Notes: generated by a model not told the origin, from the sequence alone. Positions 1 to 9,150 are shown, numbered from the stretch's first letter. The stretch: 64,000 nt of DNA from an uncultured Phycisphaeraceae bacterium (GCA_964576725.1 CAZNUZ010000003.1:123-64122); one strand, 5' to 3'. A program made the numbers and translations.

Positions 1-1688
1 TAGGCCGCCTGAATCACCTCGGGGCTGTAGCCGATCGTCATGAGCATGGGCACAAATATGGGCGCGGTGACCGCCCACTGCGCGCTCGCCGAGCCCAGCA
101 TCAGGTTGACGAAGCAGCACATCAGGATGAACGGCAGGAATACCGCGGGGTTATCGAGTTTCATGCGCACGAGCAGGTCCGCGCCCTCGACCGCGAGGAT
201 CTGCCCGAGACCCGAGTGCCCGAAGAAGGCGACGAACTGCGCCGCAAAGAAGACGAGGACGATGTAGAGGCCCATGCTTCGCATCGCGCCGGCCATCGCG
301 TCGATCACATCGGTGTCCGAGCGGACGGTCCCGACCACGCGCCCGTAGACCACGCCCGGGACAACGAAGAAGACCACGATCATCGGGACCACGCTGCGCA
401 GGAGCGGGCGGAAGACCTCGGCGCCCTCCGCCGTCGGGCTCGGGTTCTGCAATACGCCCCACCCGGGCAGCCACCCGAACACCTTCGCAGCCCCTGCGCC
501 GCCCGGGCCCGCGAGGACCACGATGCCCAGCGCCACGAGCAACGCGCTCGCGCCCGCCCAGATGATCCCGCGCCACTCCTGCCGGCTCACGGGCGCCATC
601 GACTGACTCGCCTCGCGCTGGAGGTCGGCGTCACCCTGCGAGGAGTCGTACGCGCCGAGGCGGGGCTCGACGAGAAACGTCGTCACCGCCCAGCACACAC
701 CCGTCACGAGGAACGTGCTCGCGATCATGAAGTACCAGTTGACAGCCGGGTGCACCTCGTACGCCGGGTCGATGAGCTGGGCAGCCTCCTCCGTAATGCC
801 CGCGAGCAGCGGGTCGACGGTGCCAATGAGCAGGTTCGCGCTGTACCCGCCCGAGACGCCCGCGAACGCCGCAGCCATGCCCGCGAAGGGGTGCCTGCCC
901 AGCGCGTGATACACCGCCATCGCAAGCGGTATCAACACCACGTAACCCATCTCGCTCGCGGTGTTGCTCAGCACGCCCGCGAAGACGACGACGAGCGTGA
1001 CGAGCTTGGGCGGCGCGTTGAGCACCATGCCGCGCACGACCGCCGTCAGCAGCCCGGACTTCTCCGCCACGCCCACACCCAGGAGCGCCACGAGCACTGT
1101 GCCGAGCGGCGCAAAGCCCGAGAAGTTGGTCACGATGCTCTGCCCGATCCAGCGTACGCCGCTGCCCGAGAGCAGGTTGGTGGTGGTCATCTCGAAGACG
1201 CCGCGCTGCCGGGCGACGATCACCGCGCCCTCCGGGCTCTCGAGTGTGACCGCGCGAGCGCCGTCTTCGTCACTCACCGATGTTTCCGCCTCCGAAACCC
1301 GGAGCGTGATCCCGACGAGCGTCTCGATGCGCGCGCCCGGATCATCGACGAGATCGAACCGCACGGGCGGGATGTTCCGCTCTTTGATCGGCCCGCCCGA
1401 CGCCGAACGCATCTTCTGCATCACCAGCACCGGAGGCCCGGCCGATCGGTCGATCTCCACGAGTTGCAGCATCGACTTGCGCGCGAGCGGGCGTGGGTCC
1501 TCCACGCGCAGGTCAAGCACATGCGCGAGCGCCGAGAGCAGCACCACGCCCAGAGCGAAGAGCGCAAAGAGCGTGACGGGGTTCGGGAGGAGGTTGCCCA
1601 GCCACTCGACGAAGCTCAGGAAGCGACCGAAGAGGCCACCGGCTTTGGTCGCGTCGCCGGTCGCGGCTGCAGTGCGTTGATCAGACAT
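1..1688 (-). CDS. AbgT-family (p-aminobenzoyl-glutamate / MtrF-type) transporter, partial (C-terminus beyond window start)
   Basis: Manual reverse translation from ATG at 1686-1688 gives an uninterrupted frame to position 1: MSDQRTAAATGDATKAGGLFGRFLSFVEWLGNLLPNPVTLFALFALGVVLL... followed by a periplasmic loop with LLSGSGVRW...FSGFAPLGTVLVALLGVGVAEKSGL and many TM helices, typical of the AbgT family. Not listed in the ORF track because there is no stop in the window. Confidence 0.7.
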   Translation of the reverse strand, partial: MSDQRTAAATGDATKAGGLFGRFLSFVEWLGNLLPNPVTLFALFALGVVLLSALAHVLDLRVEDPRPLARKSMLQLVEIDRSAGPPVLVMQKMRSASGGPIKERNIPPVRFDLVDDPGARIETLVGITLRVSEAETSVSDEDGARAVTLESPEGAVIVARQRGVFEMTTTNLLSGSGVRWIGQSIVTNFSGFAPLGTVLVALLGVGVAEKSGLLTAVVRGMVLNAPPKLVTLVVVFAGVLSNTASEMGYVVLIPLAMAVYHALGRHPFAGMAAAFAGVSGGYSANLLIGTVDPLLAGITEEAAQLIDPAYEVHPAVNWYFMIASTFLVTGVCWAVTTFLVEPRLGAYDSSQGDADLQREASQSMAPVSRQEWRGIIWAGASALLVALGIVVLAGPGGAGAAKVFGWLPGWGVLQNPSPTAEGAEVFRPLLRSVVPMIVVFFVVPGVVYGRVVGTVRSDTDVIDAMAGAMRSMGLYIVLVFFAAQFVAFFGHSGLGQILAVEGADLLVRMKLDNPAVFLPFILMCCFVNLMLGSASAQWAVTAPIFVPMLMTIGYSPEVIQAA

Positions 1689-1723
1689 GCCCCGAAGATA
1701 CCCGCACGCCCACACGCAGCCCA

Positions 1724-3022
1724 TCAGCCGAGTCGCCGGACCACCTCACCCGCCGCCAGCGCGATCACAACCGCGGTGCTTAGACCCAAGACGATGTTGG
1801 CCACCCACCGGTTCCGCAGCGGGCTCGACACGTCTTTCCGGTTGTTCAGCACCAATAGGATCACGCCCAGCACCGGTACGAAGGCGGCGCCGACGATGGC
1901 GTACACCTTCTGCACCTCGCGGAAATCGAACCAGAGCGAAGCCACCGGAACGAGCGCGAGCGCGATCAGGAACCCGCGGTACGCAGGCGTATCGGTGCGC
2001 ACGGGCTCCGCACGCCCGGGCGTTGGCAGCCCCGGCCGGGAGCGCAGCCAATCGCAGAAGATCGTCGGCACACACTGCCAGACGCCGAGCAGACTCGAGA
2101 AGAAGGCGCCCATGACGCCCGCGAGGAAGACGTATCGCGCGACGGCCCCCGCCCCTTCGCCGAAGCGAGCCCCCGCCTCGTCGCCGATGCTCGCTGCGAG
2201 GTTGAGGATGAGCCCGCTCCCGCGCCCTTCGGTGCCGAGCGGCGCCGCGAGCACGAGCATCGCCACGCCGAAGAGCGCGGTGACGGCGTAGCCGAGGGTG
2301 ACGTCCCATCGGATAGCGCCGAGGCCGTTGGCGTCTTCGCGCCCGGATTCGCGCATCCAGTAGCCGTAGCAGACGATCGTAAGCGTTCCGCCGACGCCGC
2401 CCATGAGCGCGATCGTCCACGTCAGGCCGCCCGCACCGGCTGGGACACTCGGCACGACGAGCCCGCGCACCAGCTCGATCAGATCGACGCCCACCATCAC
2501 CGCGCCCGCAAGCACGACGAGCACCATGACCAGCGCGCACGCGCCCATGACACGCTCGAACCACCTGTACCCCCCCGCCCAAGCGATCGCTACGCCCGCT
2601 GCGCTGGCACCAACCCCGAGGGACGCACGCCAGCCGATGCCCTCGACACCCGCGATCGCGCTCAAAGCAGCCGCGTTCGCCGAGATCAATGCCGCGCCGA
2701 CGAAGTACGACCATGCCAGCAGGTACACACCAAAGGGCAGCCACAACCACCAGCCCAGCGTGCGGAACGCCGACTCGAGCACCGTCCGCCCCGTGGCGAC
2801 CTGATGGCGCGCGAGGTTCTCGGTCAGGACGAGCTTCAACGCTGCGCCGAGTACGACCGCCCACGCAAGGCCCACGCCGAACTCCGCGCCCGCAAAGCCC
2901 GCGGTTGCAAGATCACCAACACCAACGCCCGTCGCAGCAACGAGCAGGCCTGGGCCGAGAAGCGCAGCGACCCCAGGCCTGCGGGGGCGATCGGGCACGG
3001 TCGAATCGTGCGCAGAGTTCAT
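1724..3022 (-). CDS. Nramp-like polytopic membrane transporter (divalent metal cation transporter family, divergent; no canonical DPGN motif)
   Basis: 432-aa ORF, 11-12 predicted TM helices. N-terminus LGPGLLVAATGVGVGDLATAGFAGAEFGVGLAWAVVLGAALKLVLTE resembles Nramp/MntH-family first helices. Confidence 0.5.
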   Translation of the reverse strand: MNSAHDSTVPDRPRRPGVAALLGPGLLVAATGVGVGDLATAGFAGAEFGVGLAWAVVLGAALKLVLTENLARHQVATGRTVLESAFRTLGWWLWLPFGVYLLAWSYFVGAALISANAAALSAIAGVEGIGWRASLGVGASAAGVAIAWAGGYRWFERVMGACALVMVLVVLAGAVMVGVDLIELVRGLVVPSVPAGAGGLTWTIALMGGVGGTLTIVCYGYWMRESGREDANGLGAIRWDVTLGYAVTALFGVAMLVLAAPLGTEGRGSGLILNLAASIGDEAGARFGEGAGAVARYVFLAGVMGAFFSSLLGVWQCVPTIFCDWLRSRPGLPTPGRAEPVRTDTPAYRGFLIALALVPVASLWFDFREVQKVYAIVGAAFVPVLGVILLVLNNRKDVSSPLRNRWVANIVLGLSTAVVIALAAGEVVRRLG

Positions 3023-3115
3023 GGCCTCAATCTATGCGATGTCGCCCCTCACGCGCACCGCAAGCGCACGTGGGGGGCAACACAACGAACCGGCTGTTCC
3101 GTCTCGCGCGGTGAA

Positions 3116-3994
3116 TTACCGGCGGCGACGGATACCCGCAAGGCCCGCAAGGCCCAGGAGCGCAGCCGCACCAGGGGCGGGAACGATGGAATCGACCCGG
3201 CCGTTGAGGTTCACGCCTCGCGTACCGTTGGCGCTCCAGTCGAAGAACCAGGTGAACTCGACGGCGTTCACGTCGGTCCAGACGGCGGTCGCCGAGAAGC
3301 GATCCAACTCGCCGACAGGCGACTGCACGCGCCCGAGAGAGGACTGGAGCGTGACATCGCCATCCATGTTCGTCTCGGAGGTGAGCACGGTGTCGGCCGT
3401 CAGGAAGACGCTGTCGGCGTCCATAAGCGTGAGGCCGTCGATGCGCCCGCGGTTGGGCCCGGAGGAGGCGCCGTCGATGTCGAAGAAGGTCAGCGCGATA
3501 TCAACATCGGGTGCAATAGGCGTGGTGGTGCCGGTCACGACGAAGTCGATGCGGATGCGCGCGGACGTGGTCTGGAACTGGCTCGAAGGCCCCGCGATGA
3601 GCTCGGTGCCGGTCTCGGAATCGAAGGCGCCCGTGTCGCCGAATTGGCCAAGCGGTGCGTTCGAGAGGTTGATCACCGCGTCATCAACGGTGTTGAAGAC
3701 GCTATCGACGGTCGTGCCGCCGCCGGAGAAACCGATGCCCGTGCGTGACTCCGCGTCGATCACGGTGAAGATGGCGTCGATCATCACCCCGTTGTTCGTC
3801 GCGACGTTCGAGTAGCGGACCCGGTCGTTGTTATCGATCGCCCTCCCGAGTGCCACACCGTTCGGGAGCGACACCATGTCGGTGACGCCGGGCTCGATGG
3901 TGGGCATGGAATCGAAGCTGACATCCAGGAAACTGGCCTGGGCAACCGAAGCGGTGGCACAGGAAATCAAGGCCGCAGCCAGTGCGCGTGACAT
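3116..3994 (-). CDS. secreted protein with C-terminal PEP-CTERM-like sorting signal (VPAPGAAALLGLAGLAGIRRRR)
   Basis: Signal peptide MSRALAAALISCATASVAQA (start chosen at internal Met of the 3116..4075 ORF). C-terminus is a VPAP motif, then a hydrophobic helix, then RRRR. Confidence 0.6.
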   Translation of the reverse strand: MSRALAAALISCATASVAQASFLDVSFDSMPTIEPGVTDMVSLPNGVALGRAIDNNDRVRYSNVATNNGVMIDAIFTVIDAESRTGIGFSGGGTTVDSVFNTVDDAVINLSNAPLGQFGDTGAFDSETGTELIAGPSSQFQTTSARIRIDFVVTGTTTPIAPDVDIALTFFDIDGASSGPNRGRIDGLTLMDADSVFLTADTVLTSETNMDGDVTLQSSLGRVQSPVGELDRFSATAVWTDVNAVEFTWFFDWSANGTRGVNLNGRVDSIVPAPGAAALLGLAGLAGIRRRR

Positions 3995-4297
3995 GGTTCT
4001 CTCCCTTTGGATCTGTGCTATGCAAGGGAGATGACGTGTTTCCCTCTCAGCCATAGCGATGTCGTGCATCATCACAATAGCTGTTGGGTATCTCGGATCA
4101 AGATCCGCTCGGTAAGTTCATGTGTTCGCACGCGTTAGCTTCTCGAGTCGAGCCTGATGCTCCCGGTTTATCGCCAAGCTAGGATTGGGATGGCAAGATG
4201 GAGAAGCTCTGCAGTCATTCGCACTGACTATCAGACGATCAGCCGAGCGATATCCTCATCCCGTCACGTCGCACAGTTACCCCAGAGGGAGAAACTC

Positions 4298-6448
4298 ATG
4301 ACAGATGAATACCGAGTTCGGTTCGGCAGGCTCGTTCGATGGAGTGTGATCTCAATCGCCCTGTCGATGCAGGGCCTCGCGTCTGCTCAGCCCGGTATCG
4401 GATTTCGCAGCAACCTCGGGTTCGCGTTGGCTCGGGCTGAGACTATCGCTCAGCAACAGGCCAAGTGGAGTCAGATCACGCGCGAGCTCGAGGCGAACAA
4501 GGCGCTGATCAACGAACGCGAGTCGCGCCTCGCAGCGGCTCGAGATGCATTCTGGAGCGCCATCGAACTGGAGCAAGACCCGGATCCGAAGTTGGTCTCG
4601 GAGTACTACGCCCTTCTTCGAGTCCGTGACGAATACCACCGGGAGGGATACTGGGCCAGTGGTATTGCTGGGAATAGCGGTTTCTTCGGCGGGCTCGCGC
4701 TCTCGATGGTTGAGTCGGGGGTCAATTCCAGGATCCATCCGTTCGCCAAGCCTGCGTTCGAGCGATGGGCGAGAGAGGCAAACCACCCGATCAAGACAGT
4801 CAGACGGATAGAGCCGACCCCGACAGACGAAATCGATGAGAGATATGAGGAGTACGTTCAGCGAAGGATGGTCGCGGAGTATCTCTGGGAGTTCTCAGGG
4901 TCGCCCCTGCGATCGGCCAACGCGTCCGATTTTCTACCGGCCTATCTCATCGCCACAGGCACGACGCTCACCGCTGATGAAGCACGGGAGCTGCTCGAAC
5001 AACGCGAACGCCTCTTTGGCCCAGAAGCGCTGGCATCCGCTGCGCGTCTACTCACGATCGATCAGCCGGTGGAACCGCTCACAGAATTCGATGCTGACAA
5101 AGTGCATCTGCGCTACATCCACAAACTCGATCGTCTGCTCGCGGAATCGAAGCCGAGCCTGCTCCCGGCCTACTTCATCATGCGTGGATCGCATGGAACG
5201 AGCGACTGGGATAGAGCGATCGCTATCCATACAAACCGAATCGCTCGATGGGGCGAGGAGCGCATCGACTCGATCATCAGCGAAGCGCTCGACGGGTACG
5301 CGGATCCGATGTCTATTCACTTCCGCCGGTTCGACGGCGAGAAGTACGAGGACTACGAGGGACCGGCCGCCGGCTGGCAGGGGCGAGAGGGCAGGCTCTG
5401 GTACACCGACCCTGTTCAGGAAGCGCTCCTGTGGGACGATCAGAAGTTAGTACTCCCCTTCGATGTGCTCGACTACGCCAACGAGCAGATCGAGACCCGC
5501 GGGGTCGATGCTGTCATCTGGTCGTTCCCGGACCACCCTTTCTTCATGCCGGCCAACGAGCTCAACGAGCACATCCAACGCGAAACCGTGGCAGCAGCCG
5601 TTCTTGCTCAACGCCTGGTGCCGTCCTCGCTGGACGGACAGCGTGGCTTTGCTCACTCGTACGACCTTGCGTATCGCGATCCGTCGGGTGTGATCCGTAA
5701 CAGCGGATACACCGCGATGCACTGGTTGATCACGTTTCTCATCCTGAACGAAGAGCCGGACGGGTTTTTCTTCGCGGCCGGCAATCTCGGAACCGCAGAC
5801 GGTGAGTACAGCCCCGAGTCTGTGCGGCAGGCCTCAGCGCGTTATATCGAGTGGCGCAAGGCGTACACGGACGATGATCTACGACGCGCGTTCGACGCCA
5901 TTACCCCGCACGTGACTCACTACGCGAGGTTCGGGAACCCGACAAGACTCGCAGCCGGCAAGTCGATCCGCCAGCACGCTGCGGAATTCCTCCGGACTGG
6001 GAGAGTCGACCTCTTCGACTTCGCGGCCGAGCAGCGCAAGCGCGAAGCGGACGGGCAACGACGAGCACTCGCAGGCCAGCGGAATGTGGACGCGCTGAAA
6101 GAGCAGTTCACAACCAACCCCTTCCGCACAAGACGGGGCAACGATGTACGTCCCCAATGGGGGCGGCTCTGGAACTCCATGAAGGGTGAAATGCCGAAGC
6201 CAGACACAGCCCTCGAAGCGTTCGAGACCATGCGCACGCGGTGGGTCGCGTATCTGGACCGAGGCAACGACGCCGATCGTCAGGCTGCCGTGGAAGCAAA
6301 GGCGACCCTGTTGAACGAACTGGAACAGCTCAGGAACTACCTGCGCGATACCGCGACCAGTGAGCACAACTTCAACTACGGAGCCTACATCAAACGGAAC
6401 GGCGACCCGTTCGAACGTCACCAGCGCAGGTGGAGATGGGTGGAATAA
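4298..6448 (+). CDS. hypothetical secreted protein, 716 aa, no recognisable domain; encoded in a low-GC island
   Basis: Long ORF 4157..6448. Start placed at ATG 4298 (MTDEYRVRF...), preceded by GGGAGAAAC, followed by signal-peptide-like SVISIALSMQGLASAQP. Local GC about 53-58% versus about 70% background. Confidence 0.6.
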   Translation: MTDEYRVRFGRLVRWSVISIALSMQGLASAQPGIGFRSNLGFALARAETIAQQQAKWSQITRELEANKALINERESRLAAARDAFWSAIELEQDPDPKLVSEYYALLRVRDEYHREGYWASGIAGNSGFFGGLALSMVESGVNSRIHPFAKPAFERWAREANHPIKTVRRIEPTPTDEIDERYEEYVQRRMVAEYLWEFSGSPLRSANASDFLPAYLIATGTTLTADEARELLEQRERLFGPEALASAARLLTIDQPVEPLTEFDADKVHLRYIHKLDRLLAESKPSLLPAYFIMRGSHGTSDWDRAIAIHTNRIARWGEERIDSIISEALDGYADPMSIHFRRFDGEKYEDYEGPAAGWQGREGRLWYTDPVQEALLWDDQKLVLPFDVLDYANEQIETRGVDAVIWSFPDHPFFMPANELNEHIQRETVAAAVLAQRLVPSSLDGQRGFAHSYDLAYRDPSGVIRNSGYTAMHWLITFLILNEEPDGFFFAAGNLGTADGEYSPESVRQASARYIEWRKAYTDDDLRRAFDAITPHVTHYARFGNPTRLAAGKSIRQHAAEFLRTGRVDLFDFAAEQRKREADGQRRALAGQRNVDALKEQFTTNPFRTRRGNDVRPQWGRLWNSMKGEMPKPDTALEAFETMRTRWVAYLDRGNDADRQAAVEAKATLLNELEQLRNYLRDTATSEHNFNYGAYIKRNGDPFERHQRRWRWVE

Positions 6449-6596
6449 GCGCACCCATGACCGCTCCGACGCCTTCCCCCCCCCTGTGCAGTTTGTACAA
6501 GACCCCTGCTGGTTTGCATCACCTATTCCGTGAGATCTCTAGGGCCTGGCGTATCGCATCGGTGTTTGGTATCCGTGATAACACACCTTGCCTAAG

Positions 6597-6619
6597 GAGC
6601 GCGTAAAACGCTCTTTCTC
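6597..6619 (+). terminator. weak putative intrinsic terminator downstream of the island ORF
   Basis: GAGCG-cgtaaaa-CGCTC hairpin followed by TTTCTC. Confidence 0.25.
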
Positions 6620-6749
6620 GAGCTCTCAGCGACTCCAGCGACCAGCAAAGCAACTCTCTTCTGTAGCTGAAACAACCACAAGAGGAGGTGGCAAGTCCTG
6701 CGCATACTGCCCTCGCTGGCTGGGTTGCTGCGCCCAACAGCCCGCGCAT

Positions 6750-6775
6750 GAAAAAGGCCGGGCTTCGCCGGCCTT
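6750..6775 (-). terminator. rho-independent terminator of the dockerin-like PEP-CTERM gene
   Basis: GGCCGGGCTTCGCCGGCC hairpin flanked by GAAAAA on the plus strand (T-run on minus strand), 35 nt after the stop at 6810. Confidence 0.5.
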
Positions 6776-6809
6776 GCGCGATTGCTCGCAGCTACTTGTC
6801 ACGCGCGGT

Positions 6810-7595
6810 TTACCGACGGCGACGGATACACACGCCCACACAACCAAAGGCAACCACCGCCCCGGGCGCCGGGATGTTGATCGCCCAGAGGAGGTCGATG
6901 TCCGCGCTACGCTGACCAAGGGCACTGCTCGGAACTTGCCAAATTATGAAGTCGTTGGGGGTGACCTCGCCATCGCCGTCGAAATCACCGAGCGGGCCCG
7001 CTGCCCGCACGCTCCCGCCCTCGGGCGCGAAGCGGGCGGCCCAGATCCCGAAGTCGTCGTCGTCGGTATCGCCATCAAAGTCGAAGTCGCCGGCCAAGGT
7101 CGTAAAGTCCGACAGGGAGGTAAAGATCTGGTCATCTAGCGCATCGACCCAGTCGTTGTAGTCGGTCGCGTCTACAACGCCGTCCGCGTTGACATCACCC
7201 GGGAGCGCAACGGCCGAAGTGATCGGCGCGACCCAGTCGTAGTACGCCTGATCCGACTCGAAGAGCGGGCGGAGGGGCAGGCCGCCGAACGCGAGGTCCA
7301 CGTTGGTGGGCACGGTGGAGGTTCCGGTCTCGCCGTGAAAACCGAAGCGGGAGACCCCCCCCGACTGGAAGTTGTCCCTCCAAACTTGGTCGTTGGGCAC
7401 ACCCATCGACGCGTCCGGGTTATTGGCGATGCGACCCAACTGACTGATCATTGCGAAGGCGTCGGACGTGTCCCCGTTCCCATCGCCGTTGAAATCGGCA
7501 GCGATGTCCGAATCGAAGCCGGTGCCCGCCTGAGCCTGCGCAACGCCGCCCAGCAGCGCCACAAGCGCCGGGCCGACCAGCATGTACCTCGACAT
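6810..7595 (-). CDS. secreted protein with dockerin/EF-hand-like Ca-binding repeats and C-terminal PEP-CTERM-like anchor (IPAPGAVVAFGCVGVCIRRRR)
   Basis: Signal peptide MSRYMLVGPALVALLGGVAQAQA. Four D-x-[DN]-x-DG repeats (DFNGDGNGDTSD, DVNADGVVDATD, DFDFDGDTDDDD, DFDGDGEVTPND). C-terminal sorting signal nearly identical in form to the 3116..3994 protein. Confidence 0.65.
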   Translation of the reverse strand: MSRYMLVGPALVALLGGVAQAQAGTGFDSDIAADFNGDGNGDTSDAFAMISQLGRIANNPDASMGVPNDQVWRDNFQSGGVSRFGFHGETGTSTVPTNVDLAFGGLPLRPLFESDQAYYDWVAPITSAVALPGDVNADGVVDATDYNDWVDALDDQIFTSLSDFTTLAGDFDFDGDTDDDDFGIWAARFAPEGGSVRAAGPLGDFDGDGEVTPNDFIIWQVPSSALGQRSADIDLLWAINIPAPGAVVAFGCVGVCIRRRR

Positions 7596-7818
7596 GTCTC
7601 TTCTCCGTACGGACTGCGCAGCGCCATAAGCGCCCCCAACGCGGCCCCTTCATTCCACTGCACGACGTGTTTCAACTGTGCGGCCGGTGCAGCGGCGACC
7701 GCTGGCTTAGTCTACTCCGGAATCGCGGGATACCACTTAGAGATCTCAATTCCACCAGCGCCTAACACACGCATGTTCGTAACCCACTCTGCCTCCAACA
7801 CTTACCGAGAACAACCGC

Positions 7819-8922
7819 ATGCCTATCGAAGTCGGGATCTGGCGCCTGGGGACCACACTTGAGCCCATGGCCTACTCGCGGATGGACAGCGAGGCACGGC
7901 TCGAGACGCTGGTCGCCGACGACATCACGGTAGTTGACCCGGAGCTCCTGCTGATCGGCAGGCAGGTGCTGACCGCGTTCGGCAAGTACATCGACCTCCT
8001 GGCGCTCGACGCAGAGGGTAACCTCGTCGTTCTCGAGTTGAAGCGCGACCGCACGCCGCGAGACGTGGTCGCGCAGCTGCTGGATTACGGCTCGTGGGTG
8101 CGGGAGCTCGAGGACGACGACATCGTTTCGATATACGAGGCGTTCGCAGCCAAGCACCTCCCGACACAAACGGCGGCCTCGCTCGACGAGGCCTTCCGCG
8201 AACGCTTCGGGAGCGATTTACCCGAGGCGCTGAACGAGTCGCACAAGCTCGTGCTCGTCGCCAGCGAGCTCGACGACAGCTCCGAGCGCATCATCACCTA
8301 CCTCGCCGACGAGTACGGCGTAGCGATCAACGCCGTCTTCTTCCGTGTCTTCCGCGACGGCAACCGCGAGTACCTATCGAGGGCGTGGCTCTCGGATCCG
8401 GGGCAGGTCGAAGCACGCGTGGAGGCCAAGCGCGACAAGAGGCCCTGGAACGGCGAGTACTACGCCTCGTTCGGTGCAGACGAGCACCGCGACTGGGAGG
8501 AGGCCCGGCAGCACGGCTTCATCTCCGCGGGCGGGGGCGCTTGGTACTCCCGCACACTCTCGAAGCTCAAGCCCGGAGGGCGGGTCTGGGTCAACATCCC
8601 GGGCGGCGTGGGCTACGTGGGCGTGGGAGAGATCGTCGATCCCGTCGTCCCCATCGACGAGTTCATGGTCGACGACGAAGCAGGCAGACGTGTGCCCATC
8701 ACCTCGCTCCCGCTCCAAGCAGCGAAGCACGCGACCATGGCGACCAACCCAGAGAAGGCCGAGCACTTCGTGCGCATCCGGTGGAGGAAGACCGTACCGA
8801 TCGCCGAAGCGATCCGGGAGAAGGGGCTCTTCGGCAATCAAAACTCAGCAGCCGAACCGCGAGCGAAGAAGTGGCAGCACACCGTCGAACGCCTCTCCGC
8901 GGCCTTCGGCGAACCACTCTGA
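7819..8922 (+). CDS. NucS/RecB-like PD-(D/E)xK nuclease-domain protein with uncharacterised C-terminal domain
   Basis: N-terminal region GRQVLTAFGKYIDLLALDAEGNLVVLELKRDRTPRDVVAQLLDYGSWV has D...E-L-K plus a QxxxY motif, typical of NucS C-terminal/RecB-family nuclease folds. The C-terminal 200 aa is unassigned. Confidence 0.6.
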   Translation: MPIEVGIWRLGTTLEPMAYSRMDSEARLETLVADDITVVDPELLLIGRQVLTAFGKYIDLLALDAEGNLVVLELKRDRTPRDVVAQLLDYGSWVRELEDDDIVSIYEAFAAKHLPTQTAASLDEAFRERFGSDLPEALNESHKLVLVASELDDSSERIITYLADEYGVAINAVFFRVFRDGNREYLSRAWLSDPGQVEARVEAKRDKRPWNGEYYASFGADEHRDWEEARQHGFISAGGGAWYSRTLSKLKPGGRVWVNIPGGVGYVGVGEIVDPVVPIDEFMVDDEAGRRVPITSLPLQAAKHATMATNPEKAEHFVRIRWRKTVPIAEAIREKGLFGNQNSAAEPRAKKWQHTVERLSAAFGEPL

Positions 8923-9035
8923 TGCACCAGATGCACCGGTAGAAGCACCATCAAGACGAACCACGCCCCGGCCCCTCGATCGAAGGCCCCTGGCCCACTA
9001 GCCCCCTCGAATGACTGCTATCTCCGCGGGCACCG

Positions 9036-9071
9036 CGTCAAAAACAGAACCGGCCCGCGTTCACGGGCCGG
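9036..9071 (-). terminator. rho-independent terminator after tRNA-Asn
   Basis: CCGGCCCG-cgttca-CGGGCCGG hairpin; on the minus strand it is followed by GTTCTGTTTTT; 8 nt beyond the tRNA 3' end. Confidence 0.5.
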
Positions 9072-9078
9072 TCAGAAG

Positions 9079-9150
9079 CTCCCCGAGTAGGACTCGAACC
9101 TACAACCTAGCGGTTAACAGCCGCTCGCTCTACCATTGAGCTATCGGGGA
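9079..9150 (-). tRNA. tRNA-Asn (anticodon GTT)
   Basis: Reverse complement TCCCCGATAGCTCAATGGTAGAGCGAGCGGCTGTTAACCGCTAGGTTGTAGGTTCGAGTCCTACTCGGGGAG folds as a cloverleaf: 7-bp acceptor stem TCCCCGA/TCGGGGA, anticodon loop CTGTTAA, T-loop GGTTCGAGTCC, discriminator G, CCA not encoded. Confidence 0.85.

Noticed and set aside
216-2291. 691-aa plus-strand ORF, the longest in the first 3 kb
   Set aside because: Arg/His/Asp-rich low-complexity translation. It lies antisense to two coherent membrane-transporter genes (AbgT-like and Nramp-like), a typical high-GC antisense artefact.
4127-4150. Possible attR-like copy of the tRNA-Asn 3' end (GAGTCGAGCCT vs GACTCGAACCT) at the left edge of the low-GC island
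   Set aside because: Only a 9/11 match, no integrase present, and the match could easily arise by chance at this length. Kept only as a note under the tRNA finding.
6519-6749. 76-aa minus-strand ORF in the 360-nt spacer after the low-GC island gene
   Set aside because: It spans two terminator hairpins and has no RBS or recognisable features. The region is more likely non-coding (terminators/promoter).
8094-9001. Alternative-frame ORFs (282 aa, 218 aa) inside the nuclease-domain gene
   Set aside because: Arg/Ser/Pro-rich translations overlapping a frame that carries a coherent PD-(D/E)xK motif set.
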